Positions 9,390 through 19,501 of a stretch of 30,598 nt of DNA are shown here, in pieces. Origin of the DNA: Coleofasciculus chthonoplastes F2-STO-03 (GTDB lineage Bacteria > Cyanobacteriota > Cyanobacteriia > Cyanobacteriales > Coleofasciculaceae); assembly GCA_040222015.1 (NCBI GenBank), contig JAVJWO010000155.1:1-30598 (forward strand). The letters run 5' to 3'. Each line of letters opens with the position of its first letter. Position 1 is the stretch's first letter. The translations under genes and the position numbers were made by a program. A model generated the notes under the pieces. That model saw nothing but the letters and a program-made list of their open reading frames with translations, ran no database searches and was not told the DNA's origin.

Positions 9390-9557
9390 CCCTCACCCCC
9401 AGCCCCTCTCCCACCGTGGGGAGAGGGGAGCAATGGCGCGTCTGGAAGCAGGGGGAGAAGACATTAAATTTAAAGCTTATCCGAGCAGTATTGAGGGCGC
9501 AAGAGAGTCCGGTTCCCCTTCTCCCTCGATGGGAGAAGGGGTTAGGGGATGAGGGTG
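9389..9557. repeat. Cluster of hairpin repeats, including AAGCTTATCCGAGCAGTATTGAGGG
   Basis: Copies of the 3074 family at both ends; the middle segment recurs at about 21445-21500 (AAGCTTATCCGAACAGTATTGAGGG). Confidence 0.75.
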
Positions 9558-9644
9558 AATCGATCTATTTGAGTCTACTTTTTTCCACACTATTGCCAGC
9601 ATTTCAGGTCTAACGTAGAGGAAATAACTAGAAAGGACAACACC

Positions 9645-9833
9645 ATGAAAACGACAAACACTTCAACCATTCCGATGACAGCCAATCAATCTGACGTTTT
9701 ACCCGCCAATTCCCAAACCCTTCTGGTTAATGGTGGCGTAACCATTTTAGCTATCGTAGCGCTAACCTATTTCACGAAAACGTTAATTGAATCAATTGCC
9801 AAACTTTTAGCACTGAAGCATCCGCCACAATAA
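9645..9833 (+). CDS. Small predicted single-TM peptide (62 aa), divergent from the DUF4384-like gene
   Basis: AAAGGA Shine-Dalgarno upstream of ATG; hydrophobic segment LLVNGGVTILAIVALTYFTKTLI. Confidence 0.65.
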   Translation: MKTTNTSTIPMTANQSDVLPANSQTLLVNGGVTILAIVALTYFTKTLIESIAKLLALKHPPQ

Positions 9834-10001
9834 TCATTTTAACCTTTAACTCCTATTAATCCTCATGAGAGGTAGGGTGGAAAATGGATATAATTTCGGA
9901 TAAATAAAGTCGTTCAATTATCATAATTTGCCCACCCGACAAGGATAGAGACGTGACCGTGGAACGTCTTAACCTATGCTCGTAGTGCGATAACCCTCTT
10001 T

Positions 10002-10421
10002 TTACTTCTCTCTAAAATGCTCTAATAACTGGCTCACGGTGAATATGGATACTGCCGTTGTTTGAAAATCCTGGGGATTGCGGGTAACAATCGCATCTAC
10101 CTGCTAGACAACAGCACAGGCTATTTGAACAGCATCCTCAAAGTCTACTAAGCCGGAATTGAGAGCCGTATTCAAAACTGTATAATCCACAGGACAGACA
10201 GTCAAAAGCGTTAACGTTTGAGTCAAGATTTGTCTGGCTTGTTCAAGATTTTGTGTCTGCCGTTTACAGATATAAAAAATATCCGTTGCACTGGATGCAC
10301 TAATTAAACCTTCTATACGTTCGGCAGCAATTGCCTCAAAAACTTCACTAGCTAGCTGAAAAAATGGCTCCCGTTCCAGAAAGAAATCGAGAATAATGTT
10401 TGTATCCAGAAGAACTCTCAC
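10002..10421 (-). pseudogene. PIN-domain (VapC-like) toxin interrupted by in-frame TAG at 10104-10106
   Basis: MRVLLDTNIILD and DFEDAVQ motifs; past the TAG the frame continues QVDAIVTRNPQDF...EHFREK to TAA at 10002-10004, giving 139 codons. Confidence 0.85.
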
Positions 10422-10651
10422 TTGAGGTACTTCTCCACTAAGCGGTCTTCTCGCATCAACTCAATATCTGTATCGGTTAGAACTGGCTGACCGGGTTTTT
10501 TCAGACAACCTCGTAGCTGATTAACAAGGGTACGACGTTCCGATTTTGATGGGTGTCTAACTTTCAACGCTTGAACTAAGGTTTCCAGCAGAACGAATTG
10601 TTCTTCAACAGATAATTGGTAAATAGCTCGCTGTAGCTCTGGTAAAGTCAT
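10418..10651 (-). CDS. Putative antitoxin of a PIN toxin-antitoxin pair
   Basis: 77 aa, directly upstream and overlapping the PIN start by 4 nt (GTGA); LRGCLK...RLVEKY tail is typical of PIN partners. Confidence 0.7.
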   Translation of the reverse strand: MTLPELQRAIYQLSVEEQFVLLETLVQALKVRHPSKSERRTLVNQLRGCLKKPGQPVLTDTDIELMREDRLVEKYLK

Positions 10652-10726
10652 AGCTGTGATTCAAGAACGTTTGTTCAAGGGGTAAGGCAACGGGCAATAG
10701 AGAATACACAATTTAAATGGGTTTTA

Positions 10727-10985
10727 GTAGAGACGTAGTATGCTACGCCTCTACCATCACTTACAGGACTGACGCAGCACCGCCATAAGTTGGTCAAGGT
10801 GCGTTACGCTACGCTCTCCCCACGATGGCGGACTGACACAGCTCAAATAGGACTTTGTTTGTAGTGAGAACTTTAGTTCTCTCTCCGCCTAGCTGGAGAG
10901 GGCTAAAGCCCTCACTACGTACCCAATCTATTGCACCATTTTAGTTGAGTCACGCCACTACAAATGAAGGCTTTGCGTAAGTCCT
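10727..10985. repeat. Nested REP cluster downstream of ctaE
   Basis: GTAG palindrome at 10727-10754; outer inverted arms AGGACTGACGCA (10767) and TGCGTAAGTCCT (10974); inner GTAGTGAG...CTCACTAC at 10861-10918. Confidence 0.75.
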
Positions 10986-10988
10986 AAC

Positions 10989-11621
10989 TTAAAACAGCGT
11001 CAGGATGTAAAGCAGGGTAAACAGAATAATCCAGATGATATCGACAAAATGCCAATAGATTTCTGCCATTTCAATGCCAACATGCTTGGTTTCACCGTAA
11101 TGTCCGGGACGACGCGATCGCCACAAGACGCCGAGAATCAGTAAAACCCCGATAGTGACGTGCAATCCGTGGAATCCAGTCATCAAATAAAAGCAGTTAG
11201 CAAACACATTAGTAGTCAGACCATATCCCAATGTGAGATATTCATACACCTGACCGCCTAAGAAAATGACACCCATAATCGCGGTAATGATATACCACAA
11301 TCGCATCCCGGAGAGATTATTCTTTTTAATCGCCACATCTCCGTTATGGATGACAAAACTACTCGACACCAGAATAATTGTGTTAATCGTCGGCAACAAG
11401 AGTTCCACCTCTGTGCCTTCGGGGGGCCAGGTTGCGGATACGCCTCGATAGATTAAGTACGAGGCAAACATCCCACCAAACATCAAGGATTCAGAGGCGA
11501 GAAAGACGATTAGCCCCAAAACCCGATAATCGGGATGTTCCTCATGTTCCGCCACCGCCCCCTCAGCCGAGGCTTCTGGGGTAGAGGAGACTTGATATTC
11601 GTCGATGGTTGAACCTTGCAT
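10989..11621 (-). CDS. ctaE: Cytochrome c oxidase subunit III
   Basis: FLASESLMFGG, FYLMTGFHGLHV and YWHFVD motifs; third gene of the operon. Confidence 0.96.
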   Translation of the reverse strand: MQGSTIDEYQVSSTPEASAEGAVAEHEEHPDYRVLGLIVFLASESLMFGGMFASYLIYRGVSATWPPEGTEVELLLPTINTIILVSSSFVIHNGDVAIKKNNLSGMRLWYIITAIMGVIFLGGQVYEYLTLGYGLTTNVFANCFYLMTGFHGLHVTIGVLLILGVLWRSRRPGHYGETKHVGIEMAEIYWHFVDIIWIILFTLLYILTLF

Positions 11622-11650
11622 ACTATTTTCCTAACTATCGCCATCTACAC

Positions 11651-11678
11651 GTAGAGACGCGCCATGGCGCGTCTCTAC
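11651..11678. repeat. Perfect 28-bp GTAG palindrome between ctaD and ctaE
   Basis: GTAGAGACGCGCCATGGCGCGTCTCTAC. Confidence 0.9.
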
Positions 11679-11685
11679 ATTAACC

Positions 11686-13389
11686 TTACTTCGCTTCTAC
11701 AACCGGTTCCCCCGATGTCGGCGCACTGGGATTAAGTTGTTTGCCATTGCGACCATTCATGCCATAAGCATAAGGACCATGGGTTAATACAGGTAAGACT
11801 TCCCAATTTTCAATTTCTGGTGGCGAACTGGTTGTCCATTCCAGGGTCAAGGCATCCCAGGGATTATCACCCACCTTGGGTCCATACATCCAACTCCAGA
11901 CCATATTAATCGCGAAGGGAACCACCGAGAATCCCAACAGAATCGCACCGAAGGTACACAGTTGATTAATGGCAGTGAATTGGGGGTCATACATTGCCAC
12001 CCGTCGGGGCATTCCTTGTAATCCCAATTGATGCATCGGTAAAAAGGTAAGATTCGCACCAATAAAGGTAAGAACAAAGTGAACTTGTCCCCAGGTTTCG
12101 TTGTACATCCGACCGGTAATTTTGGGGAACCAGTGATACAGTCCAGCATAAATGCCAAACACGGAACCACCAAAGAGAACATAGTGGAAATGCGCCACGA
12201 TGTAATAGGTATCGTGAACGTGAATATCAAAGGGTGCAGTTCCCAGAGTGACACCACTGAGTCCACCCAAGACAAACATCCCTAACAACCCGATCGCAAA
12301 CAGCATGGCTGAAGTGTAGCGGATTTTTCCCCGCCAGAGTGTCGCCACCCAGCTAAAGATTTTCACCCCCGTCGGTACCGCCACAATCAGCGTGGAGATG
12401 GTGAAAAACATCCGCATCCAGGGCGGTGTACCACTGGTAAACATGTGGTGTACCCAAACGAATAGACCGACAATACAGATAGCGAGGGATGAATACGCGA
12501 TCGCTTTATAGCCAAAAATCGGTTTACGGGCGTGAACTGGCACCACTTCTGACATAATCCCGAAAATCGGCAGAATCATCAGATACACCGCCGGGTGGGA
12601 ATAGAACCAGAATAGGTGCTGATACACCACTACATTCCCCCCAGACTCCGGGCGGAAGAAGCTGGTGCCAAAGTTGATATCAAATAACAGCAGGGTTAAT
12701 CCAGCCGCTAATACGGGCGTGGAAAACAGGGCTAATATCGACGTCGCTAAAATCGCCCAACAGAACAACGGCATCTGATCCCAGCGCATACTGGGGACGC
12801 GCATTTTGAAGATGGTGATGATAAAGTTCACCGAACCCAAAATTGAGGAGGTTCCCACCAAGATAATGCTGAGAATCCACATCGATTGAGCGGTATTGGC
12901 GGTAATCAGGCTCAACGGGGGGTAGGATGTCCACCCCGATTGAGCGCCGCCGAAAAAGAAACTACCCAATAGCAGCGCCCCTGCTGGGGGAACCAACCAA
13001 AACGCGATCGCATTCAGTTTCGGGAATGCCATATCTCTGGCACCAATCATCAGCGGAATCAGGTAGTTACCAAACCCGCCAATTGCTGCCGGAACGACCC
13101 AGAAAAAGATCATGATCGTGCCGTGATTGGTCAGAAAAGCGTTATACAGATTGGGATCAAGTAAATCAGAATCAGGGGTATACAGTTCAGCACGCATAGC
13201 GACTGCCATTAATCCCCCGATCAAATAAAACATGAACGAGGTAACCAGGTATTGAATCCCAATCACCTTATGGTCAACATTGAACGTGAAATAGTCATAC
13301 CACTTCCATGCCGTTGGATGGGAACTGTGGGAAGTGGCTTGAGGTTGAGGTGCAGTTTCGGTTTGGGTCATCAGAATTTCTTGTGACAA
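11686..13389 (-). CDS. ctaD: Cytochrome c oxidase subunit I (aa3, A2-type)
   Basis: DHKVIG, HGTIMIF, WFYSHPAVY, VWVHHMF and AHFHYV motifs; true start may be the ATG at 13371. Confidence 0.97.
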   Translation of the reverse strand: MSQEILMTQTETAPQPQATSHSSHPTAWKWYDYFTFNVDHKVIGIQYLVTSFMFYLIGGLMAVAMRAELYTPDSDLLDPNLYNAFLTNHGTIMIFFWVVPAAIGGFGNYLIPLMIGARDMAFPKLNAIAFWLVPPAGALLLGSFFFGGAQSGWTSYPPLSLITANTAQSMWILSIILVGTSSILGSVNFIITIFKMRVPSMRWDQMPLFCWAILATSILALFSTPVLAAGLTLLLFDINFGTSFFRPESGGNVVVYQHLFWFYSHPAVYLMILPIFGIMSEVVPVHARKPIFGYKAIAYSSLAICIVGLFVWVHHMFTSGTPPWMRMFFTISTLIVAVPTGVKIFSWVATLWRGKIRYTSAMLFAIGLLGMFVLGGLSGVTLGTAPFDIHVHDTYYIVAHFHYVLFGGSVFGIYAGLYHWFPKITGRMYNETWGQVHFVLTFIGANLTFLPMHQLGLQGMPRRVAMYDPQFTAINQLCTFGAILLGFSVVPFAINMVWSWMYGPKVGDNPWDALTLEWTTSSPPEIENWEVLPVLTHGPYAYGMNGRNGKQLNPSAPTSGEPVVEAK

Positions 13390-13437
13390 CTAAAGCAGCC
13401 TGTCCAGATGGACAACTGGAGTGTGATGGGCTTCTGT

Positions 13438-14463
13438 TTAGGATTCATGCATTGAGTGTAACTGGGTTAACGTTTTTTCATCAACGCCCAACTTAGTCAT
13501 GTAGGGTTCCAGAAACTCGGACTCGGATAAATCAGCCGGGTTCACCGCCACGGTTTGATTCGGGTTTTGCTGCTGGGCAACTTGATTTTCCTTGAACCAA
13601 GCCTCATACTCCTCTTGGGTATGAACAATAAGCTGGGTTCGCATCGCACCGTGGTAACCCCCACAGAGTTCAGCGCAAACCACAGGATAGGTTCCAGGTT
13701 TTGTGGCAACAAACCGCAGTTCCGTTGGTTGACCCGGAATCGCATCTTGTTTCAGGCGGAACTGAGGCACCCAGAAGGAGTGAATCACATCTTGGGCGGA
13801 GAGATTCAGTTGCACGTCTTTACCCACGGGAACATGGAGTTCACCAGCAACCACACCACTATCGGCATAGTTAAAGATCCAAGCAAACTGCAACCCAGTG
13901 ACATTCACCACCAAGTCAGCCGCCTGTCCTTCCCGTTGTGGGGCTGCGCCAAAGCCGTATTTAGCGCCCTTGGATGCTGCTGCTTCATTGGACTCCATCC
14001 CCTCCGCATCAGCCACTAAAGGGGCTGCGATCGCACTTCCGGGCATACTTGCAATATGGGCTGGGGTATCAGCTTTAGCCACCAAGTGATGCGCGGGTTC
14101 AAAACCGCCCATATCTCGATAGACTTCGACGCTATAGATCCCCAGTCCAATCACGATAATGGCAGGAATGGCTGTCCAAAAGGCTTCTAAGGGCAAATTA
14201 CCGATGATGGGCTCAGCATCTGTATCATCCCCCTCGCGTCGCCGAAATCGAATCATGGCAACCACAATCGCGCCTTCGACGACCAAAAATAGGGCAGTGC
14301 CAATCGTCATCATCACGTCAAAAAAGTCATCGACTAACGGCGCTTGCTCTGATGCCTGTTCTGGCATCAAGCCGTGGTTTTGACCCACCCACAGACTGAC
14401 TAGGGTGACAACCACACCAATCGTCAGCGTGACAATGGCAGTGGGTACTTTTTCTTTTTCCAT
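13438..14463 (-). CDS. ctaC: Cytochrome c oxidase subunit II
   Basis: Intact CuA ligands in DVIHSFWVP and CAELCGGYHGAM. Confidence 0.96.
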   Translation of the reverse strand: MEKEKVPTAIVTLTIGVVVTLVSLWVGQNHGLMPEQASEQAPLVDDFFDVMMTIGTALFLVVEGAIVVAMIRFRRREGDDTDAEPIIGNLPLEAFWTAIPAIIVIGLGIYSVEVYRDMGGFEPAHHLVAKADTPAHIASMPGSAIAAPLVADAEGMESNEAAASKGAKYGFGAAPQREGQAADLVVNVTGLQFAWIFNYADSGVVAGELHVPVGKDVQLNLSAQDVIHSFWVPQFRLKQDAIPGQPTELRFVATKPGTYPVVCAELCGGYHGAMRTQLIVHTQEEYEAWFKENQVAQQQNPNQTVAVNPADLSESEFLEPYMTKLGVDEKTLTQLHSMHES

Positions 14464-14728
14464 CGCTTCTCTCCTTGCCAGCAGCTAATCTCCACCCAGG
14501 TTAGGTGAAGTCGCTGCCTGATTCTAGCTTGACTAGATCGATCCTAATTCACATTTCTTTATAGCGCTTGTTTTGGAGAAGGCAAGGGGTGAGGGGGTTC
14601 CGGGTGCAGGAGTGCTCCGGGTTTAGGGAATCAATTCAGCTAGTCACAGATAATCACCGTTTTTCGCAAGTCGTGCGGTTTCACCTGTTGGGCTGTTGAC
14701 GCAGACGTGATCCCCTACGGTTTCCGGT

Positions 14729-17700
14729 TCATTCAGAACCACCAAATCCTCCACCCCCAGGCGTCTCAATCACAAACACATCTCCCGTATCCATTTCCAC
14801 AACCGCAGTATTTCCTAATTCCTCAACCGTTCCATCCTGACGTTCCACATAATTTTTCCCCACAGCACCCGCTTTACCCCCCTGTAATCCAAAGGGTGCA
14901 ACAACTCGATGTCCCGATAAAATTGCGGCTGTCATCGGTTGCAAAAACCGCATCCGTCGAATTACACCATTACCCCCACACTGTTTCCCCTTTCCACCAC
15001 TATTTCCGCGAATGCCAAACTGTTCTAATACCACCGGAAACCGCCATTCTAAAACTTCTGGATCGGTTAAACGAGAATTGGTCATGTGGGTATGCACCGC
15101 ATCCGCCCCATCAAACTCTATTCCAGCACCGGAACCGCCACAAATGGTTTCATAATATTGATAATTTTCATTGCCAAACGTAAAATTATTCATTGTTCCT
15201 TGAGATGCAGCCATTACCCCTAAAGCCCCATATAGCGCATCCGTAATCACCTGGGATGTTTCCACATTTCCCGCCACAACCGCCGCCGGATAACAAGGAT
15301 TTAATAGACATCCTTCGGGAATAATAATATCTAGAGGTTTGAGACATCCAGCGTTCAATGGAATATCATCATCCACTAATGTACGGAAGACATAGAGAAC
15401 CGCCGCTTTACACACCGCAGCTGGGGCATTAAAGTTATTGGATAACTGTGCCGATGTCCCAGTAAAATCAATCGTAGCGCGGCGACTTTTTCGGTCAATA
15501 TCAATGGCAACTTGAATCTGTCCACCTGTATCTAAATTATAGGTAAAATTGCCATTTTTCAGCACATCAATCACCCGTCGCACCGACTCTTCGGCATTAT
15601 TCTGGACGTGTCCCATATAAGCTTGTACGGTATCTAATCCCGACTGTTTCACCATCCGCCGCAACTCTTGCACACCTTTTTAATTGGCAGCAATTTGGGC
15701 TTGTAAGTCGGCGATATTTTGAGTAATATTTCGCACTGGATACGTGCCAGATAGGAGTAATTCGGATAATTCTTTTTCGCGAAAACGTCCGGATTCTACT
15801 ACCTTAAAATTATCGATTAATACTCCTTCTTCGTCTACAGTTGTACTATCCGGTGGCATGGAACCGGGGGTAATTCCACCAATATCCCCATGGTGTCCCC
15901 GTGAAGCGACGTAGAATAATGGCGACGGATTTTTATCCACCCTTGCCCTGCTTTCAAAGGGGGGTTTATTTAAGTCAAGGGATGATGTCGTTGTGGATTT
16001 TGTCGAAGATTTGCTTGTTTGATCAATCGTATCGGTAATCCCGCTTTCGTCCAGAAAAACTGGGGTAATCACCGTGACATCAGGCAAGTGTGTCCCACCA
16101 TTATAGGGATTATTAATCGCATAAACATCTCCCGGTTGGAGACTATCGCCATACGCCTCAATTAAACTGCGAACGCTTTCACTCATTGAACCCAAATGTA
16201 CGGGAATATGAGGGGCATTGGCAACGAGTTGTCCTTGTCCGTCAAAAATAGCACAGGAAAAATCTAACCGTTCTTTAATATTAACCGAGTAACTGGTATT
16301 TTGCAGTGTGGTTCCCATTTGTTCGGCAATGGAACGGAATAAATTATTAAAGATTTCCAGAGTAACCGGATCAGGGTAGGAAAGTTCTGACTGTTGACTG
16401 TTGACTGTTGACTTTTTACTTTTGACTTTTGATTGCTGCGTTTTCTTTAAAATTAAATGATTCCGTTCGGTTACTTCGGCTTGCCAACCCGGTTCAATAA
16501 CATTCGTTCCCGTTGTTTCAATAATTAATGCAGGCGCGGGAATACAGTCTCCCGGTTGTAAATCGTCTCGCTTAAATACAGGGGTTTCGTGCCATGCATT
16601 GGCAGTATACATCTGCACCTTAGCGACAGGTTGCGGCGGTTCTGAGCGGTGACGCTGAATCACGGGTTCTTCTGGCACATCCATCTGTTGGATCACTTCC
16701 ACAGATACCGAATCCACAATTAAGGCTTTCTCTTCCACAATAAAACCATAACGCTGGCGATGCGCCGCCTCAAATTGCTGCCGCATTTCAGCAACGCTAC
16801 CGAAATCGATAATTAAGGGTGAATCTGTCCCCTGATATTTCAAATGCACTTTGCAGATGACTTGACTATCAATTGGCGTGGATTCTCCTATATTTGTCGT
16901 CTCAATTTCCTCTTTTCCGCTGGCTATTAACTCGGTAAATATTTCCTCCAATGGGGCAATATCTGGTGTCCCTATAGACAGTAATTCCTCCGTTAATTTG
17001 GCTTCTACCGAACGTTCCCGCAAGGTTCGCACATCTGCCAATCCCATCCCGTAAGCCGATAATACGCCCGCATACGGATGAAGAAATACTTGTTTCATCC
17101 CCAAGGCATCAGCAATTAAGCAGGCGTGTTGTCCGCCAGCGCCGCCAAAGCAACATAAGGTATAGTTGGATACGTCATAACCTCGTTGTAAGGAGATTTT
17201 TTTGATTGCATTTGCCATTTTTTCGACGGCAATGGCTAAAAATCCGGCGGCGACGGCTTCGGGTGCGCGGTTATCGCCAATATCTGCCGCCAATTGACTA
17301 AATTTTTCTCGCACCACCTGGTCATTTAAGGGTAAATTGCCATCAAGTCCAAAGACTTTAGGAAAGAACTCTGGCTGCAATTTTCCTACCATGACATTGC
17401 AATCCGTTACTGTTAACGGACCTCCCTTGGAATACGAAGCGGGACCCGGATTTGCCCCCGCCGATTCGGGTCCCACGCGATACCGCGCCCCATCAAATTT
17501 CACGATTGAACCGCCGCCTGCTGCTACGGTATGAATGGACATCATGGGGGTGCGTAATCGAACCCCGGCAATCTCGGTTTCAAAGGTGCGTTCGTATTCC
17601 CCGTTGTAATGGGCGACATCAGTAGAAGTTCCGCCCATATCGAAACTGATAATCTGATTAAATCCGGCTAGTTGACTGGTTTGTACGGCGCCGACAATAC

Positions 17701-18535
17701 CTCCCGCCGGACCCGATAAAATACTGTCTTTTCCCTGAAATGTGCGGGCGTCTGTGAGTCCACCATTGGATTGCATGAACATTAATCGGAGGGATTGTTG
17801 ATTGTTAATTGTTGATTGTTGATTTTTGATTTCTCCGGTTAATTGATTGGAAACTTGGTTAACATACCGCCGCAGAATCGGGGATAAATAGGCATCAACC
17901 ACAGTAGTGTCACCCCGACTGACTATTTTCATCAAGGGTGTGACATCATGAGAAACTGAGATTTGAGTAAACCCGATCGCACTCGCTAGGTTGGCAAGTT
18001 CTTGTTCATGACTGGGATAGCGATAGCCATGCATTAAGACGATCGCACAACTGCGAATTCCGCGATCGTAAGCGGCTTGTAACGCTTGGCGAGTGGCGTC
18101 TATCTGCACCGGAATTAATTCCTGCCCGTGGGCGCTGTAACGTTCCTCGACTTCAATCACCCGTTCGTAAAGCATTTCTGGCAAGATAATCTCACGGGCA
18201 AATATATCGGGGCGGTTTTGATAGCCGATGCGGAGGGCATCGCGGAAGCCTTTGGTGATCATTAAAACGGTGCGATCGCCTTTTCTCTCCAGTAAGGCAT
18301 TGGTGGCGACGGTTGTCCCCATTTTCACGGCATCAATCTGTTCGGTGGGAATCGCTGCATCGGCGGAAAGTCCCATCACTTCGCGGATTCCCTGTACTGG
18401 CGCATCGGTGTAGCGATCGGGGTTTTCCGAGAGTAACTTGTGAATCACCAATTGTCCATCGGGGCGACGCGCCACAATATCGGTAAATGTGCCGCCGCGA
18501 TCGATCCAAAATTGCCAGCCGTTATTAGATGTCAT
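14729..18535 (-). pseudogene. Fused 5-oxoprolinase (hydantoinase A+B family) interrupted by in-frame TAA at 15680-15682
   Basis: [37 protein letters not shown] and ETPGGGG motifs. The two ORFs share a frame and read AQIAAN*KGVQELRRM across the junction. Confidence 0.88.
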
Positions 18536-18642
18536 GGGTTTATCCTTGATTAGATGTCATCGGTCTATTACTGATGCCCTACTGTATAAGTAGTCGGACA
18601 TAAATAAACCGAATTATATTAAGGAATGTAAAAAAATCTAAA

Positions 18643-18737
18643 GGTAGGGTGGTAGGTGGTAGGTGGTAGGGTGTGTTAGCGCAGCGTAACGCACCTTAAC
18701 GCACTTAACGCACTTAACGCACTTAACGCAGCGTAAC
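18643..18737. repeat. GGTAGGT heptamers, a GTAGGGTGTGTTAGCGCAGCGTAACGCACC hairpin and TTAACGCAC 9-mer repeats
   Basis: Directly visible periodicities and inverted repeat. Confidence 0.8.
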
Positions 18738-18879
18738 CAGTATATCTGGTGTGGCGAGGTAAGTCCTATCAAGGCAGCATCATTGGTGGAAGATATGAGT
18801 CAAGTACCGCTATGCGATCGCACAGGCTTGTAGTAAGGGAACTTTAGCCCTAGATTCCGTTGGGTTTCCTTACCCCCAT

Positions 18880-19266
18880 TCAGCGACTACTTCTAAAGGT
18901 GGTGAGGATGTCAATACTGAGTGTATACCAGCACCGCGTCCAAAAATTGGATAATAACGCGGCATCTTGGTCATTGTATTGCTGATTGTGCCGTTTGCGA
19001 TCGCGCTCAATCGCAACCCACAATTGCCGCAGTTGTTGGCAGGTGGTGCAGTGTTGAATTTGACAGGCGATGGCATTAAACCATTGGCGTAGTCGGCGAT
19101 AACTGATGAATTGTCCACCTTTGTCGCGGCGATGAACAAAAACAATATATGCCCAGGATTCCACACGCACAATCAGATGTCTGGGGATTTTCAGGAGTCG
19201 GGCGATACTGCTAGGGCTGATCCGGAATTTCTGGGCGGGTTGGAGACGGCGAAATAAAGGTGTCAT
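18880..19266 (-). CDS. Hypothetical basic protein (128 aa)
   Basis: ATG-initiated ORF divergent from the XRE gene; RVESWAYIVFVHRRDKGGQFISYRRL looks like a conserved cyanobacterial hypothetical protein (recollection, unverified). Confidence 0.7.
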   Translation of the reverse strand: MTPLFRRLQPAQKFRISPSSIARLLKIPRHLIVRVESWAYIVFVHRRDKGGQFISYRRLRQWFNAIACQIQHCTTCQQLRQLWVAIERDRKRHNQQYNDQDAALLSNFWTRCWYTLSIDILTTFRSSR

Positions 19267-19442
19267 GATGGCTTACCCTGTTGATTGATGGCAGCAATAT
19301 CCGTGGCGACGCGATGAATTTCGGTCACTTGGGATTTTTTCGGCGGATCTTTGATTAAGATGAGACACTGAGAAGGAAAGACCAGCCAGCCACGCCCTAT
19401 CTTGACGCAACTGTTTCAATCGTCTGGTCTTTTCTGTTGTCA

Positions 19443-19501
19443 TCACATGTTATCGTGTCACGTTTACATGGCTTTTGTCAAGATGACATGTTGGCGTGAC
19501 A
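19443..19501. promoter_or_regulatory. Candidate operator pair: two 18-bp imperfect direct repeats
   Basis: TCACATGTTATCGTGTCA (19443-19460) and TGACATGTTGGCGTGACA (19484-19501) are 14/18 identical and lie between divergent genes. Confidence 0.4.

Noticed and set aside
9416..9613. 65-aa ORF
   Set aside because: It consists largely of hairpin repeat DNA.
14729..15673. Independent hydantoinase B gene
   Set aside because: It is in frame with the upstream ORF, and the break falls inside the B-like domain.
10104..15682. Stop-codon reassignment explaining the two in-frame stops
   Set aside because: The stops are different codons (TAG and TAA), and both are used as normal terminators elsewhere in the window (e.g. 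the CHAT gene and dps).
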